Shown piece after piece: positions 61,620 through 64,000 of a stretch of 64,000 nucleotides of DNA (position 1 is the stretch's first letter; each line of letters starts with the position of its first letter). The DNA is taken from NCBI RefSeq assembly GCF_028641065.1, contig NC_073415.1, positions 11,904,001 through 11,968,000 of the forward strand. The letters run 5' to 3'. The notes beneath the pieces were generated by a model that ran no database searches, had not been told where the DNA came from, and was given only the letters and a program-made list of their open reading frames with translations. Source of the stretch: Leucoraja erinacea. Lineage: Eukaryota. Made by a program: the position numbers and the translations under genes.

Positions 61620-61925
61620 CAGGGCAACACGGTGGCACAGCGGTAGAGTCTCCTCCTTACAATGCCAAAGACCTGGGTTTGATCCTGACCACGGGTGCTA
61701 TCTGTACGGAGTTTGTACGTTCTCCCTGTGACAGTGGGTTTTGTCCGGGTGCTTCAGTTCCCTCCCACATTCCAAAGACGTACAGGTTTGTAGGATAATT
61801 AACATGTAAAACTTTTTTTTAAATTGTCCCTACAGTGTAGAACAGTGCTAGTGCACGGGGTGATTGCTGGTCGGCATGGGCTTGGTGGGCCGAAGGGCCT
61901 GTTTCTGTGCTGTATCTCTAAAGTC
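61620..61925 (+). mobile_element. HE1/V-SINE-like element
   Basis: Same head, core and tail as the other copies. Confidence 0.85.
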
Positions 61926-62486
61926 TAGTGCTTATCACCAAGCACAGCATGTAATTGTGAAACCAGCGAAATATCATCCAAAGATGCTGCCTCACCCGCT
62001 GAGTTCCTCCAGCATTTCTGTCCACAGAGCGAAATATCTTGATGCCTTATAAATGCAATTTTATCATTCTCGTGATGAGAAGAAAATATTTCCCCAAACC
62101 TCTGGTGTGAGCTGCTACCAGAGACAGGCGGGGCTGTAATTGAGCTAATACTCTGGTGTGTGTGAAGCTGCCTTTACAAAGCACCACCTCTCGCGGTGAA
62201 GTTGTGGATAAACTACAGCTCCAGGTGCCAAAACCTTTATTTTGTACATTAATTCAGCAGGCAATGTGTCCCAATTCTGATTGATGTCCTGGTTTCTTGT
62301 TACTGATGGATCCTTTTTGTTTTAGTTTAAACTTTGCCTTTCTCTTAAGGCAATGTTTTACAAAACCAGGGTTCTACGATATTCACGAGAGGATGGGGTC
62401 ATCACAGGTTATTAAAGACAATGTGTGAGAATAATGAAGCCAGTGTTCAGGGTTTTGTGTTTAACTCCAAGTTCCTTTTCTTCCAG

Positions 62487-62561
62487 GTACGTCTACAAAC
62501 TCTGTCCGTTTAACAAAGTGGCCCAGAAACCAAAGCATGGGGGTTCCGAAACTAGCCTTGG
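62487..62561 (+). CDS. PRKCSH: PRKCSH coding exon 14 (MRH domain)
   Basis: [25 protein letters not shown]. Confidence 0.95.
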
Positions 62562-63400
62562 GTAAGATGATTTTGGGCTTATTCCTGACTGAATGGTGTG
62601 GCTGATATTTGGAGACAAGAAGGAAAGCTTGGAGCAGTATTTAACAATACGCTGGCATTCTGTAGTAGGCTGTGGGGTTGAGGCAGTCAGAACTGTAGTC
62701 CCTTCTATACTCGAACGTGAACAAATCCGAGTAATTCAAGTCCGATTACTTGTTCACCATCCATGCTGCCTAACGGTTGCATAACCCAGTGGGCTAGGGG
62801 TGTGGAGTTGAGCGGGTGCCAGACTGCAGCTGGATGTGAAAGCTGTGGGGGAAATGTGGGCTGCCCGGGATTATTCCAGGGTATCGAGACCGGATCGATC
62901 AAACTCACTGAATGGAGGATGGTGTGATGCCTTGTGCCAGTCTAGTTTAGTATCGATCACATTAGATGTGTATTCGAGCACTTTGGTCCCAAAACAAAAA
63001 CTGCATTGCTGGCTCTCAGCACCAGAGACCTGGGATCCATCCTGACTGCGGGTGCTGTCTGTTTGGAGTTTGCATGTTCTCCCTGTGACATCCAGCTGCT
63101 CCGGTTTGCTCCCACATCCCAAAGACACCCGGGTTTAGAGGTCAATTGGCGTTTGTAAATTGTCACTAGTGCATTGGGTGTGAAAGTGGGAGAACATAGA
63201 GCTGCTTTATGGTGGTGGCTGGTGGCCATAAACTGGGAAAAGGAGATGCAGGAATCTGCTGGAGCTGCAGGGAGGGAGGGAGTGAGTGAGTGAGTGATGT
63301 AAACCGGGTGTCCATGGGTACACAGTTACCTGCTCATTGAGTGCATGGGAGCAGTGAGGGTGAGAACTGATCAATAACGTTAACTATTTAACTTTGGCAG

Positions 63401-63500
63401 GGTGTGGAGCTCGTGGGCCGGACCAGACAACAACAAGTTCAGTGTCATGAAGTACGACCATGGTACTGGCTGCTGGCAGGGCCCCAACAGATCCACCATG
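63401..63500 (+). CDS. PRKCSH: PRKCSH coding exon 15 (MRH domain); gene continues beyond the window
   Basis: VWSSWAGPDNNKFSVMKYDHGTGCWQGPNRSTM; the C-terminal HDEL-type exon is not in the window. Confidence 0.95.
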
Positions 63501-63750
63501 GTCAGTGCCTTTTGATAAGTTCTGACAAGTGTGAATGGTTTCTTGTGTCGTGTGGGGTCAGTGGTGCTTAAGCCAGGGGCAGTAGTTGTACTGCAAGCAG
63601 CGGGTGTCCGAGTCTGGCCAGTAGTTTTACAGCAGTGTGTACGGTCAGTATACCCCATTTGTGGGGAGTCTGGGCAGTGGTTTACCTCAGTGTCTAGAAT
63701 ATGTGGACAGTAAATCTTCTCGGAACCCTTTCAAGCTCGACAATATGTGG

Positions 63751-63929
63751 NNNNNNNNNNNNNNNNNNNNNNNNNNNNNNNNNNNNNNNNNNNNNNNNNN
63801 NNNNNNNNNNNNNNNNNNNNNNNNNNNNNNNNNNNNNNNNNNNNNNNNNNNNNNNNNNNNNNNNNNNNNNNNNNNNNNNNNNNNNNNNNNNNNNNNNNNN
63901 NNNNNNNNNNNNNNNNNNNNNNNNNNNNN
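63751..63929. other. Assembly gap
   Basis: N run. Confidence 1.
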
Positions 63930-64000
63930 GCACTGTGTGTGTGTGTCGCACTGTGTGTGTGTGTCGCACTGTGTGTGTGTGTCGCACTGTGTGTGTGTGT
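63930..64000. repeat. GCACTGTGTGTGTGTGTC tandem repeat next to an assembly gap
   Basis: Direct reading. Confidence 0.85.

Overview
Vertebrate genomic DNA, most likely a cartilaginous fish (skate/ray-like); this is inferred from its HE1/V-SINE-like and CR1/HER1-like repeats. Three spliced genes can be rebuilt by hand with consistent GT-AG junctions and reading-frame phases. (1) A complete 8-exon erythropoietin receptor gene, EPOR (+, CDS 361-9514, about 551 aa). (2) SWSAP1 (-, 19442-14791), whose 5' part is interrupted by an 18-bp G-rich minisatellite and whose Walker A is degenerate. (3) The first 15 coding exons of PRKCSH, glucosidase II beta (+, 20088 to beyond 63500). SWSAP1 and PRKCSH share a ~650-bp CpG-rich bidirectional promoter with ZNF143, NRF1 and E2F/CHR-like sites and a 7x TGATGACG array. 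The introns contain many CR1 3' fragments, tRNA-derived SINEs, minisatellites and fold-back (palindromic) elements. The fold-back elements carry minimal hammerhead-ribozyme cores (CTGAAGA-hairpin-GAAACGTC) and also seed tandem arrays. There are three N gaps. Most ORFs in the supplied track are repeat or antisense artefacts. Gene calls rest on recalled similarity to human orthologues; no database search was run.
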